Counted from the first letter of the stretch, positions 6,029-14,578 are shown. The stretch: 14,588 nucleotides of DNA from a bacterium (GCA_036004445.1 DASYRL010000141.1:1-14588); one strand, 5' to 3'. The notes: generated by a model not told the origin, from the sequence alone. Translations and numbers: made by a program.

Positions 6029-7968
6029 CCGCAGGATGGCCTAGGGCTTCGCACCGGGCGCTGCGCGCCGTCTGTGAGGCGCTGCTGCCAGACGATGATC
6101 CCGCCTGGAGCGCGTCGATCGCGCCGCGGGTCGCCGACCTGTTTGACGGCCAGCCGAACCAGACTCCCGTCCGGCAACTCCGGCTGCTGCTGTCCGCGAT
6201 GGAATGGCCGCTGGTCGGGGTGGTCCTCGGCGGCCGGCTGACCCGGGCGTTCTCGACCCTTCCTCGCCCGGAGCGCGAACGCTATCTCCGCCGCATGGCC
6301 ACCCATCCGCTCGCGCCGGTGCGCACCGTGTTCCAGGCGCTGAAACGCGCCGCAGCGATCATGTACTACGCCGACGCGTCCGGCGACGGCGCCAACCCCG
6401 TGTGGCCGTCTCTCGGCTACCCGGGTCCGATTTCGGCGCCGCACCGCGGGACCGCCCCGATGACTCCGCTGCAGATCCGTACGGACACCACGCTGGATTG
6501 CGACGCCGTCGTGATCGGCTCAGGTGCCGGAGGAGGGGTCGTAGCGGGTGAACTCGTCGCCGCCGGACTCGATGTGCTCGTTCTGGAGAAAGGCGGCTAC
6601 TATCACGAGCCCGATTTCAGCCAGCGCGAGATCGAGATGTACCGGCGGTTGTACCTGGACGCCGCCGCGACCGCGACGGTGGATCAGGGCATCGTCATCC
6701 TGGCGGGATCGTGCTTAGGCGGCGGGACCGTGGTGAACTACACGACGAGTTTCCGCACCCCTGACGCGGTCCGCTCGCAGTGGGCCGCGCACACCGGCCT
6801 GCCCCTCTTCACCAGCCCCGAGTTTACGGCGGCACTGGACGCCGTCTGCACGGCGCTGGACGTGAACTTGGATCACAACGCGCCCAGCCGCCGCGACGTC
6901 CTGATGGCCGAGGGCCTCCGGGCGCTGGGCTGGCACGTCGACGCGATGCCCAGAAACGTCGTGGGATGCGCTCAGGACGACTCCTGCGGTTACTGCGGCC
7001 TCGGCTGTGTCCACGGCGCCAAGCGCTCGACGCTGGCGACCTACCTGCAGCGGGCATACGACGCGGGGGCGCGCATCGCGGTCAACTGTACGGCCGACCG
7101 GGTGCGCGTCGAACGCGGCCGCGCGGCCGGCGTGATCGCGCGAACCGCCGACGGGCACACAGTCACGGTGCGGGCGCGCGCCGTCGTCGCGGCGGCCGGC
7201 GCGCTGCACACGCCGGCCTTACTGCTGCGGTCGGGGCTTACCGGCGGCGTGGGGTCTCATCTGCATCTGCATCCGGCCACCGCGGTGATCGGCCGGTTTC
7301 GTGACGACGTCCGGCCGTGGAGCGGAACGCTGCAGGCGTATTACTCAGACCAGTTCGCCGATCTCGACGACGGGTACGGGGTGAAGTTCGAGACCGTCCC
7401 GCTGCATCCGTCGTTTCTGGCGCTGGCCGCCCCGTGGCAGGCGCGCGACCAGTTCGATGCCGACATGCGCGACCTCGCCCGCCTGTCGTTCGTCGGCGTC
7501 TTGCCGCGGGACCGCGGCGGCGGCCGGGTCACCATCACCCGCAGCGGGGTTCCAGTCATCCACTACACGGTGTCGCGGTACGACCGTGGGCATATCCGGC
7601 AGGGCGTTCGCGGTGCCGCCGAGGTGCTGCTCGCCGCCGGCACCGAGGAGATCCTCACCATGCAGAACCGGCCGGTGCGGTACCGTCCTCGAGCGGGAGG
7701 ATCGCTGCAGGCGTGGCAGGATGAGATCGACCGCGTCGGGTTCGGGTCGAACCAGATGCTGTACTTCTCCTTCCACCAGATGGGCACGTGCCGGATGGGC
7801 GCGCGGCGGCGCGACGCGGTGACCAACGGGGATGGGGAAGTCTATGGGCTGCCCGGACTCTTCGTGGCCGACGCCAGCCTGTTTCCTTCCGCGTCAGGCG
7901 TCAACCCGATGGTCACGGTCGCCGCGCTGGCGTACCACGTGGCGCAGCAGGTGCGCAGCCGGCTCTAA
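6025..7968 (+). CDS. GMC-family FAD oxidoreductase with a ~160-aa N-terminal extension; architecture resembles long-chain fatty alcohol oxidase.
   Basis: FAD motif DAVVIGSGAGGGVVAGELVAAGLDVLVLEKGG. Cys cluster GCAQDDSCGYCGLGCVHGAKRST. C-terminal GMC active-site region HQMGTCRMG...GLPGLFVADASLFPSASGVNP. The ORF track starts at a GTG at 5947, overlapping the upstream gene by 82 nt. I prefer the TTG at 6025, which overlaps the prohibitin TGA as TTGA in a coupled arrangement. The start is uncertain. Confidence 0.82.
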   Translation: MTAGWPRASHRALRAVCEALLPDDDPAWSASIAPRVADLFDGQPNQTPVRQLRLLLSAMEWPLVGVVLGGRLTRAFSTLPRPERERYLRRMATHPLAPVRTVFQALKRAAAIMYYADASGDGANPVWPSLGYPGPISAPHRGTAPMTPLQIRTDTTLDCDAVVIGSGAGGGVVAGELVAAGLDVLVLEKGGYYHEPDFSQREIEMYRRLYLDAAATATVDQGIVILAGSCLGGGTVVNYTTSFRTPDAVRSQWAAHTGLPLFTSPEFTAALDAVCTALDVNLDHNAPSRRDVLMAEGLRALGWHVDAMPRNVVGCAQDDSCGYCGLGCVHGAKRSTLATYLQRAYDAGARIAVNCTADRVRVERGRAAGVIARTADGHTVTVRARAVVAAAGALHTPALLLRSGLTGGVGSHLHLHPATAVIGRFRDDVRPWSGTLQAYYSDQFADLDDGYGVKFETVPLHPSFLALAAPWQARDQFDADMRDLARLSFVGVLPRDRGGGRVTITRSGVPVIHYTVSRYDRGHIRQGVRGAAEVLLAAGTEEILTMQNRPVRYRPRAGGSLQAWQDEIDRVGFGSNQMLYFSFHQMGTCRMGARRRDAVTNGDGEVYGLPGLFVADASLFPSASGVNPMVTVAALAYHVAQQVRSRL

Positions 7969-10900
7969 CGGGAGCGGGGTCCGCTGACCGGGGACCCCTT
8001 CCGCAGCAGGATCCCCAGCGGGCCGACTTCGACCGGGACGCCGTTGCGATAGGCAATCGCCTGCCCCGCAAACGGTGAGATCCGCGCACCGGGGAGGATG
8101 ACCCCGATCAGGTTCAGCGGATCGGCGCCGGACACGATGACGGTATCGGTCTCCTCAGCCGCGCGTCGCACCGCGCGCATCGCCTCGACGGCCTCCGGCA
8201 GCGCAAACTGCTCACCCACGAAACCCGCGACGAACCTCCCGCCACGAATCTCGCCCCGCGCTTCCCAGCGGCGATAGACCGGCAGCAGCGTGCGCCACGG
8301 CGGTGCGATGCGCTCTCTGGCCAGCAGGTCGCGGAAGACGACACCGTAACGGCGCAGCAGCGCCCGGGCGACCGCTTCATCGCGTTGCTCGCGGTCCGCT
8401 TCCACCGCCGGCTGCCACAGCGCCCAGCGGCCCACCGGCAGCCCGCGTCCGTGTGTCCGCGAACCCGTCAGCGCGCGCATCCGAGCTCGGGCACGTTCGC
8501 GCACGCTGCCGTGCAGCAGCTGCCGCAGTCCCGCCACGCCGTCTCCGCTGACGACGCCCCGCGAGACGAGTTCCCACAAGGCTTCTTCGACCTCAGACGG
8601 CAGTCGCCGGGTCCCCTTGACGATGTCAGGCATGAACGAGGCTCCGCGCTGCCGCAAGAATCCGGCGACCTCCTGCGCCGCCGATGTGCCGCCGTCGAGA
8701 AGCTCGTCGAGATCGGCCTCCCGCTGCAGAAACAGCGGCAGATCCTCGCGGAGCACAAACGCCAGCGGCGAACTGCGTCCGGGCGCCTGTCGCTTTTTCG
8801 CGCGACGTGGCTGGCTGTGCTCGTCCGCCTCCGGCGTGCCGTTCCCGTTCGCGGTAAGGCGGCCCCACGTCACCGTCCCCGATAACGTCAGATATTCCAG
8901 ATCGGCGGGATCATAGAGCCGGACGCGGGCGGGCAGGATGAGTTCTTCCCACGCTGGGGCCGGCAATTCGAGGCCCTGCAGCTGGCGGATGATCGACAGC
9001 ACGCCGTCGCGGCCGTGCAGCTGCGTCCCCGGCTGGACGTGCTGCCAGCGCAGCAGGAAGCGCATGAAGTCCGCCGGTTCGACTGCTTCGATCTCCCGGC
9101 GCAGCCGGCCGATGGTGAGCCGGTGGACGCGCGCCAGCAGGCGGCGCTCGCACCATTCGACGCCTGCCTTGGACCCGAGCGCAGCGAGTGGTTCGGGGCC
9201 GGGCCCGTCGCCGGTCTGATACCCGCCCCCGGGGGTGAAGCGGCCCCGCAGGACGAGTCCGGATCCTTCAAGTGCGGCCAGCGCAATCTCGATATCGGAC
9301 TGGCCCAGCCCGAGGCGCGCCGCCAGGCCGGCGGCGGTGATGGGCCCGCTGCAGTACATCCACCCCTGCACGATGGTACGGATCGCATCGTCGCTGCTCA
9401 GGTCCATCTGCCCGGACCGGAGCAGCGGCAGGGTGATCTCGGGTGCAAAGACCACGTCGGGGACCGCGGCCCGCACGAGCACGGTCCGCTCGGCGGCGAC
9501 CAGCGCCGTCTGCTCCCACCCTGTGGCGTCGCGCCATGACGCGGTGGTCGCGCGGCCGGCGGCGACGAGCTCATCCGCGAATCCCTGCCACGTCTGGACG
9601 TCGGCGGCGGGCAGCACGCCCACCGTCAGCAAGTGGTCGTGTAATTCATCGGCGCTGCGCACGTCCGGCCAGGCCTGCGCGCGGACGGCGTCGATCGCCG
9701 CCTGGTCGAGCGCGCCGACGCCTTTGGCGAGGTCGGGATCCGTGCGCCGGAGCGTCACCGCCCGTGCGCGCCGCTCCTCCAGCGGCGCGTCGTCCAGAAA
9801 CGCGTAGGGGTTGGCGTTGAGGATCTCATGCGACATCGCCGACGGCACCGGCGTCTCGACGGCGACGGTCCGGATCTCACGCCGCTCGATCCGCCCGGCG
9901 ATCTCGATCAGATTGTCGAGGTCCATCGCCTCGTGCAGGCAGTTCAGGATTGTCTCGTTGACCAGCGGATGGTCGGGTGGAATGACCGGGCCGGCGTGAT
10001 TGTCCTGGCACTGCACCTGCTCGGGAAACACCGAGGCCATTAGGTCTTCCGCGCGCATGCGCTGGATGGGCATCGGGACCCGCCGGCCGCCGGCGAAGCG
10101 GAGGATGGCCAGAAATCGGTTGGCATTCCAGCGCCAGCGGTTGGTGAACATCGGCGAGGCCAGCAGCGCCTGGATGAGATCGTCGCGGGCCGTCTGCGGC
10201 CGCACGAACGCGAACACGCTCTCCAGCGGGAAGCTGTGCTGCTCGCCCAGCGACAGGACCACGCCGTCGTCGGTCGCCGCCGCCTGCAGCTCGAAGTCGA
10301 AGTTCACGCAGAACCGCTTGCGTAGCGCCAGGCCCCAGGCGCGGTTGAGGCGGCCGCCGAAGGGCGTATGCAGCACCAGCTGCATGCCGCCGGCTTCGTC
10401 GAAGAAGCGCTCGGCGACGATGGTCTCCTGCGTGGGAATGATCCCCAGGACCGCCACGGTCTCCCGCACGTAGGCCAGCAACTGCTCGGCCCCGGCGCGG
10501 TCGAGCCCGGCGTGCTGCGTGAGCCATTCGATGGTGGCGTCGGGATCGTGCAGCCCATCGAAAATCCGCCGGCGCAGCGACGAGACCGCGGCCGACAACT
10601 CAGCGGTGCGCGCGGGCGCTTCGCCCAGCCAGAACGGCACCGTGGGCGGCGCGCCGTGCGCGTTCTCGACCCGCACCCGACCGGCCTCCAGCCGCCGGAT
10701 CTTCCACGACGTGTTGCCGAGCAGGAAGATATCGCCGGATTGGCTTTCGATCGCGAAATCCTCGTTGACTTTGCCGACGAACGTGCCGGCTGGCTCTTCG
10801 ATAACGTCGTAGTCGGCGGTATCTGGGATCGCGCCGCCGGAGGTAATCGCGGCCAGCCGCGCCCCACGCCGACCGCGCAGGACTCCGTTCACCTGGTCAC

Positions 10901-12299
10901 GGTGCACGAACGCCCCGGCTCGTCCGCGCCGGCTGGATAGCCCTTCGGAGAGCATCTCCAGGACTTGCTCGAACTCGTTGCGCGTGAGGTTCCGGTATGG
11001 GTACGCCCGGCGGACCAGTCGCCACAAATCTTCCTCGCCGATCTCGCTCCCGGCGACGATGGCGACGATCTGCTGCGCCAGGATGTCCAGCGGTTTGTCG
11101 GGCATGATGACGCGGTCGAGTTCGCCTGCTCGGGCGGCGGCCACCGCGGCCGCCGACTGCATCAGCTCGTCGCGGGTCAGCGGGAACACGATGCCCTTGG
11201 GGATCGCGCCCAGCCAGTGACCCGAGCGGCCGATCCGCTGCAGCAGCGTTGCCAGCGCCCGCGGCGCACCGAGGTGGCAGACTAGATCCACGTGTCCGAT
11301 GTCGATGCCGAGTTCGAGGGAGGCGGTGGCCACGACCACCGGTACCTCGCCGGACTTGAGCTTCTGCTCGGCTTCCAACCGGGTCTTCCGAGAGAGACTG
11401 CCGTGATGCGCGGCCACCCGGCCCTCGCCCAGACGGGTGGTGAGTTGATGGGCGACCTTCTCGGCCAGACTGCGTGTGTTCACGAAGACCAGCGTCGTCC
11501 GGTGCTCGCGGACCAGGGCCGCCAGGCGGTCGTAGGTCTCGGCCCACAGCTCGTGCGTGACGATCGGACCGAGGGGCTGACCGGGGACTTCGACCGAGAG
11601 ATCCCACTCGCGGCGATGCCCGATGTCAACAATGGCGCACGAGGGTCCTGAGCCGACCAGCAGCTTGGCAATCTCGTCGATCGGCTTCTGAGTGGCGCTC
11701 AGCCCGATCCGCTGGCAGTGCGTGCCGGTCAGCGCGTCCAGGCGCTCCAGCGACAGCGCGAGATGAGACCCGCGCTTGTCCCCGGCGACGGCATGGATCT
11801 CGTCGACGATCACCGTCCGAACGGTGCGCAGGAACTGCCGGCTGCGCTCGGCGGTGAGCAGGATGTACAGCGACTCCGGCGTGGTGATGAGGATATGCGG
11901 CGGCCGGCGGATCATCAGGTTGCGCTCGCGGGCCGGCGTATCGCCCGACCGCACGAGCACGCGGATCTCGGGCAGGTCGATCCCCTCAGCGGCGGCGCGT
12001 TCACGGATCTCAGCCAGCGGCTGCTGGAGGTTCTTCTGGATGTCGTTGCCCAGCGCTTTCAGCGGCGAGACGTACAGCACGGTCGTCTCGTCGGCCAGAG
12101 CGGCCGTCCCGACACTGAGCAGCTGGTTGATCGACCACAGGAAGGCCGCCAGCGTCTTGCCGGAGCCCGTGGGCGCGGCAATCAGAGTGTCGCGGCCTTC
12201 GGCGATGCGCGCCCAGCCCTGTACCTGCGGAGCGGTGGGCTCACCGAGGCGGTCCGCAAACCAAGAGGCGATGCCTGGATGGAAATGACTCAGCGCCAT
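7965..12299 (-). CDS. lhr: Large ATP-dependent DNA helicase Lhr (superfamily 2 Lhr-core plus long C-terminal domain), 1444 aa.
   Basis: N-terminus FHPGIASWFADRLGEPTAPQVQGWARIAEGRDTLIAAPTGSGKTLAAF (Walker A). DEAH box VIVDEIHAVAGDKRGSH. The overall size and N-terminal signature are typical of Lhr. Its stop overlaps the GMC stop (CTAA). Confidence 0.93.
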   Translation of the reverse strand: MALSHFHPGIASWFADRLGEPTAPQVQGWARIAEGRDTLIAAPTGSGKTLAAFLWSINQLLSVGTAALADETTVLYVSPLKALGNDIQKNLQQPLAEIRERAAAEGIDLPEIRVLVRSGDTPARERNLMIRRPPHILITTPESLYILLTAERSRQFLRTVRTVIVDEIHAVAGDKRGSHLALSLERLDALTGTHCQRIGLSATQKPIDEIAKLLVGSGPSCAIVDIGHRREWDLSVEVPGQPLGPIVTHELWAETYDRLAALVREHRTTLVFVNTRSLAEKVAHQLTTRLGEGRVAAHHGSLSRKTRLEAEQKLKSGEVPVVVATASLELGIDIGHVDLVCHLGAPRALATLLQRIGRSGHWLGAIPKGIVFPLTRDELMQSAAAVAAARAGELDRVIMPDKPLDILAQQIVAIVAGSEIGEEDLWRLVRRAYPYRNLTRNEFEQVLEMLSEGLSSRRGRAGAFVHRDQVNGVLRGRRGARLAAITSGGAIPDTADYDVIEEPAGTFVGKVNEDFAIESQSGDIFLLGNTSWKIRRLEAGRVRVENAHGAPPTVPFWLGEAPARTAELSAAVSSLRRRIFDGLHDPDATIEWLTQHAGLDRAGAEQLLAYVRETVAVLGIIPTQETIVAERFFDEAGGMQLVLHTPFGGRLNRAWGLALRKRFCVNFDFELQAAATDDGVVLSLGEQHSFPLESVFAFVRPQTARDDLIQALLASPMFTNRWRWNANRFLAILRFAGGRRVPMPIQRMRAEDLMASVFPEQVQCQDNHAGPVIPPDHPLVNETILNCLHEAMDLDNLIEIAGRIERREIRTVAVETPVPSAMSHEILNANPYAFLDDAPLEERRARAVTLRRTDPDLAKGVGALDQAAIDAVRAQAWPDVRSADELHDHLLTVGVLPAADVQTWQGFADELVAAGRATTASWRDATGWEQTALVAAERTVLVRAAVPDVVFAPEITLPLLRSGQMDLSSDDAIRTIVQGWMYCSGPITAAGLAARLGLGQSDIEIALAALEGSGLVLRGRFTPGGGYQTGDGPGPEPLAALGSKAGVEWCERRLLARVHRLTIGRLRREIEAVEPADFMRFLLRWQHVQPGTQLHGRDGVLSIIRQLQGLELPAPAWEELILPARVRLYDPADLEYLTLSGTVTWGRLTANGNGTPEADEHSQPRRAKKRQAPGRSSPLAFVLREDLPLFLQREADLDELLDGGTSAAQEVAGFLRQRGASFMPDIVKGTRRLPSEVEEALWELVSRGVVSGDGVAGLRQLLHGSVRERARARMRALTGSRTHGRGLPVGRWALWQPAVEADREQRDEAVARALLRRYGVVFRDLLARERIAPPWRTLLPVYRRWEARGEIRGGRFVAGFVGEQFALPEAVEAMRAVRRAAEETDTVIVSGADPLNLIGVILPGARISPFAGQAIAYRNGVPVEVGPLGILLRKGSPVSGPRSR

Positions 12300-12374
12300 G
12301 GATCACCGTTCGTGGGTTGTCCCTCCATTGTGAGACTGTTCGGTGGAGCGTGTCCAGCGAGTGGAGGAGGCGGA
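12300..12374. promoter_or_regulatory. 75-nt divergent region between lhr (-) and the sulfatase gene (+), carrying GTGGAG(G) direct repeats and a small palindrome at the sulfatase start.
   Basis: GTGGAG at 12343, 12361 and 12375 (the last is the proposed GTG start). GTGGA-ggg-TCCAC inverted repeat at 12375-12387. A GGTGA SD-like element lies 3 nt upstream of the lhr ATG on the minus strand. Confidence 0.3.
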
Positions 12375-13769
12375 GTGGAGGGTCCACAGAAGGTTTCGGG
12401 GGTGATCCGGGTTCTTCTCGCCGCGCTCCTGGCGACTCTGGGAATCGTGGGTGCCGCCGCGGGCGCGGTCACCCCGCGTTATGACATCGTCCTGATCCTC
12501 TCCGACGATCAACGCGCGGACACGCTGGAGGTCATGCCGAGCGTCCGGAGGCTACTCGGCGATCGCGGCGTCAGGTTCCTGAACGCGTTTGCCTCGACGC
12601 CGCTGTGCTGCCCAAGCCGCGCCACCATCCTGACCGGCCTCTACGCGCATCACCACGGCGTCCTCGACAACGATGCGCCCGACGGAGGAGCCGCGCGGTT
12701 TCGCGATGAGGAGACGATTGCGGTCACGCTGCATCGGGCCGGCTACAGGACGGCCTGGATCGGCAAGTACATGAACGAGTACGACCTGATCGCGCCGCGG
12801 ATTCCCCCGGGATGGGACGAGTGGCAGGTGTTCTGGAGTCCGGGCTATTTCAACTACATGCTGGTGGAAAACACCCGCTACCGGCAGTACGGCGGACCGG
12901 CCGCGGCAAGTGCCGCGGCGGACTACTCGACCGACGTCCTGGCGGGGAAAGCCGTACGCTTCGTGGAAACGACGCCGCCCGGCCGACCGCTGTTTCTCGC
13001 CTTTGCGCCGTATGCGCCGCACGACCCTGCGCGGCCGCACCCCCGCGACGCCGACGCTCTGCCTTCGTTCTCGCTGCGCCGCACGCCGTCGTTCAACGAA
13101 GCGGACATGAGCGACAAGCCCGCTCCGCTCCGCCGGAAGCCGCTGCTGACGGCGGCCCAGATCGAGGACCTCCGGGACTTCGCACGCCGGCAGGCGCAGA
13201 CCCTGCTCGCGGTCGACCGGGCCGTGGCCCGGCTGGTGGCGGCCTTGGAGCGCAGCGGCCGCGGCCGCCGCGCGGTAATCATCTACATGTCCGATAACGG
13301 CCTGGCATGGGGAGAGCACCGCATCAATTCGCGCAAGGCCTGTCCCTACGACGAGTGCGCCCGGATCCCGCTCATCATCCGCGCGCCGGGCCTCCTGCCG
13401 CGGCGGGAATCGCAGCCGGTTTCAACGATCGACATCGCTCCGACAATCGCGCAGTGGGCAGGGACCGCACTGACCCGCCGTCCGGACGGCCGCTCCCTGA
13501 TCCCCCTCTTGCAAGACAGCCGAACTCCCTGGCGGCAGCATGTCCTGCTGGAAGTCTTCGGACAGCCGCCGCTGTGGGTGCCGGACTTTCAGGCGGTGCG
13601 GACCGCCCGCTTCCTGTACGTGCGGTACGTGACGGGGGCCGGCGAGCTGTACGATCTGGCGCGCGATCCCTGGCAGGTGGACAACGTCTACGGACAGGCA
13701 GCGTTCGGGGCCGTCGCGGCGGACCTCCAGCGCGTCCTCGACACCCTGCGCAGCGCCCAGCGGCGCTAG
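12375..13769 (+). CDS. Secreted type I (formylglycine-dependent) sulfatase, ~464 aa.
   Basis: Sulfatase signature LILSDDQRAD...PLCCPSRATILTG (C-x-P-x-R FGly site), GKYMNE, MSDNG and C-terminal LYDLARDPWQVDN. Sec-type signal peptide MEGPQKVSGVIRVLLAALLATLGIVGAAAGA|VTP. Start chosen at the GTG at 12375, preceded by GGAGGAGG; the alternative GTG at 12402 is also possible. The ORF-track start at 11718 is an antisense overlap of lhr. Confidence 0.88.
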   Translation: MEGPQKVSGVIRVLLAALLATLGIVGAAAGAVTPRYDIVLILSDDQRADTLEVMPSVRRLLGDRGVRFLNAFASTPLCCPSRATILTGLYAHHHGVLDNDAPDGGAARFRDEETIAVTLHRAGYRTAWIGKYMNEYDLIAPRIPPGWDEWQVFWSPGYFNYMLVENTRYRQYGGPAAASAAADYSTDVLAGKAVRFVETTPPGRPLFLAFAPYAPHDPARPHPRDADALPSFSLRRTPSFNEADMSDKPAPLRRKPLLTAAQIEDLRDFARRQAQTLLAVDRAVARLVAALERSGRGRRAVIIYMSDNGLAWGEHRINSRKACPYDECARIPLIIRAPGLLPRRESQPVSTIDIAPTIAQWAGTALTRRPDGRSLIPLLQDSRTPWRQHVLLEVFGQPPLWVPDFQAVRTARFLYVRYVTGAGELYDLARDPWQVDNVYGQAAFGAVAADLQRVLDTLRSAQRR

Positions 13770-14578
13770 AACGCGGATTCGCGGTCGAGGATCCCCAGTT
13801 CCCGGGCGCGGCGCTCGGCCGCGGTAAAGATGCCTAGACCGATCGCCAGCCAGACGGCGGTTGTCAGAGCCAGCAGCAGCAGGACCTGCAGATCGGTGGC
13901 CCACGGAAACGAACGCAGCCCATCCGACCCCAGCAGCCCGCGGCGCAGCGCTTCCAACCACCAGGTCAGCGGGATCGCTTGGGCGATCGGCTGAAGGAGC
14001 CGCGGCAACACCGTGATCGGAAACACCGCGCCGCACATCAGGTACAGTGCCGCTCCCACCGCCTCCGGCATGCGCCAGGCCTCGCCGGAGATCATCATGG
14101 CCGCGCTGACGATGACCAGCCCGAGTGCGATCACGGCGACGATCCCGACGGCAAACGCCATGGCCGCGTATGGGAAATGGATCGTCTCCAGCCCAATCGG
14201 GACGCCCAGCACCCACCGGCCGAACAGCAGCGTAATCAGCATCGCCGCCGACGCCGACGTGGCCTGCGCCAGCGCCCGGCCGATCAGGTACGCCTGATAC
14301 GGGATCGGCGAGGTGTAGACGTACTTTAGTGTCCGCCAGTGCTCGCGGTCGCCGATGATGCTCCAGGCCATCCCCTGCATCCCGTTGACGATGAACGGCC
14401 AGAAGGCGGTGCCGACGATGAAGAACCCAAGGATGGGGCCCTGCCGCACCCGTGCCACCACGTAGAACATGAACACCAGGATCAGCGCGCTGCCCAGCGG
14501 ACGGGCGATCGAGTAGACAAAGAAGAGGAACGGATCGGTCCAGTTGCTCTCGATCTGCCATCCCAGCCAGTACGACAC
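13766..14578 (-). CDS. ABC-2 family transporter permease (integral membrane, 6-TM type), about 270 aa. The frame stays open past the window end, so the true 5' end may lie beyond it.
   Basis: Highly hydrophobic, with multiple predicted TM helices (FLFFVYSIARPLGSALILVFMFYVV, AMAFAVGIVAVIALGLVIV, LLLLALTTAVWLAIGLGIF). The GTG at 14576-14578 is the first in-window start. Its stop overlaps the sulfatase stop (CTAG). The partner ATPase is expected upstream, beyond 14588. Confidence 0.72.
   Translation of the reverse strand: MSYWLGWQIESNWTDPFLFFVYSIARPLGSALILVFMFYVVARVRQGPILGFFIVGTAFWPFIVNGMQGMAWSIIGDREHWRTLKYVYTSPIPYQAYLIGRALAQATSASAAMLITLLFGRWVLGVPIGLETIHFPYAAMAFAVGIVAVIALGLVIVSAAMMISGEAWRMPEAVGAALYLMCGAVFPITVLPRLLQPIAQAIPLTWWLEALRRGLLGSDGLRSFPWATDLQVLLLLALTTAVWLAIGLGIFTAAERRARELGILDRESAF

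Noticed and set aside
7258-7278. CATCTG CATCTG CATCCG in-frame hexamer repeat inside the GMC gene (encodes HLHLHP).
   Set aside because: It is short (2.5 copies) and consistent with ordinary coding sequence. It does not suggest phase variation.
8385-11607. Multiple 100-240-aa ORFs on both strands inside lhr (for example 8385-8885, 9015-9539, 9235-9807, 9877-10527, 10304-10867 and 10897-11607).
   Set aside because: All lie within the single continuous 1444-aa Lhr reading frame, which carries clear helicase motifs. Their translations are Arg/Pro/Ala-rich and have no motifs.
11718-12374. 5' extension of the sulfatase ORF reaching 580 nt into lhr on the opposite strand, codon-phase-locked with the lhr N-terminus.
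   Set aside because: The extended N-terminal sequence is low-complexity Arg/Gln/Asp-rich and carries no sulfatase homology. The sulfatase signal peptide begins only after the lhr ATG. This is an antisense open-frame artefact typical of high-GC genomes.
13422-14561. 379-aa minus-strand ORF overlapping both the sulfatase 3' end and the ABC-2 permease in another frame.
   Set aside because: It is an off-frame shadow of the permease gene with Arg/Gly/Pro/Asp-rich composition. The permease frame gives a coherent multi-TM protein, so that frame is the real one.
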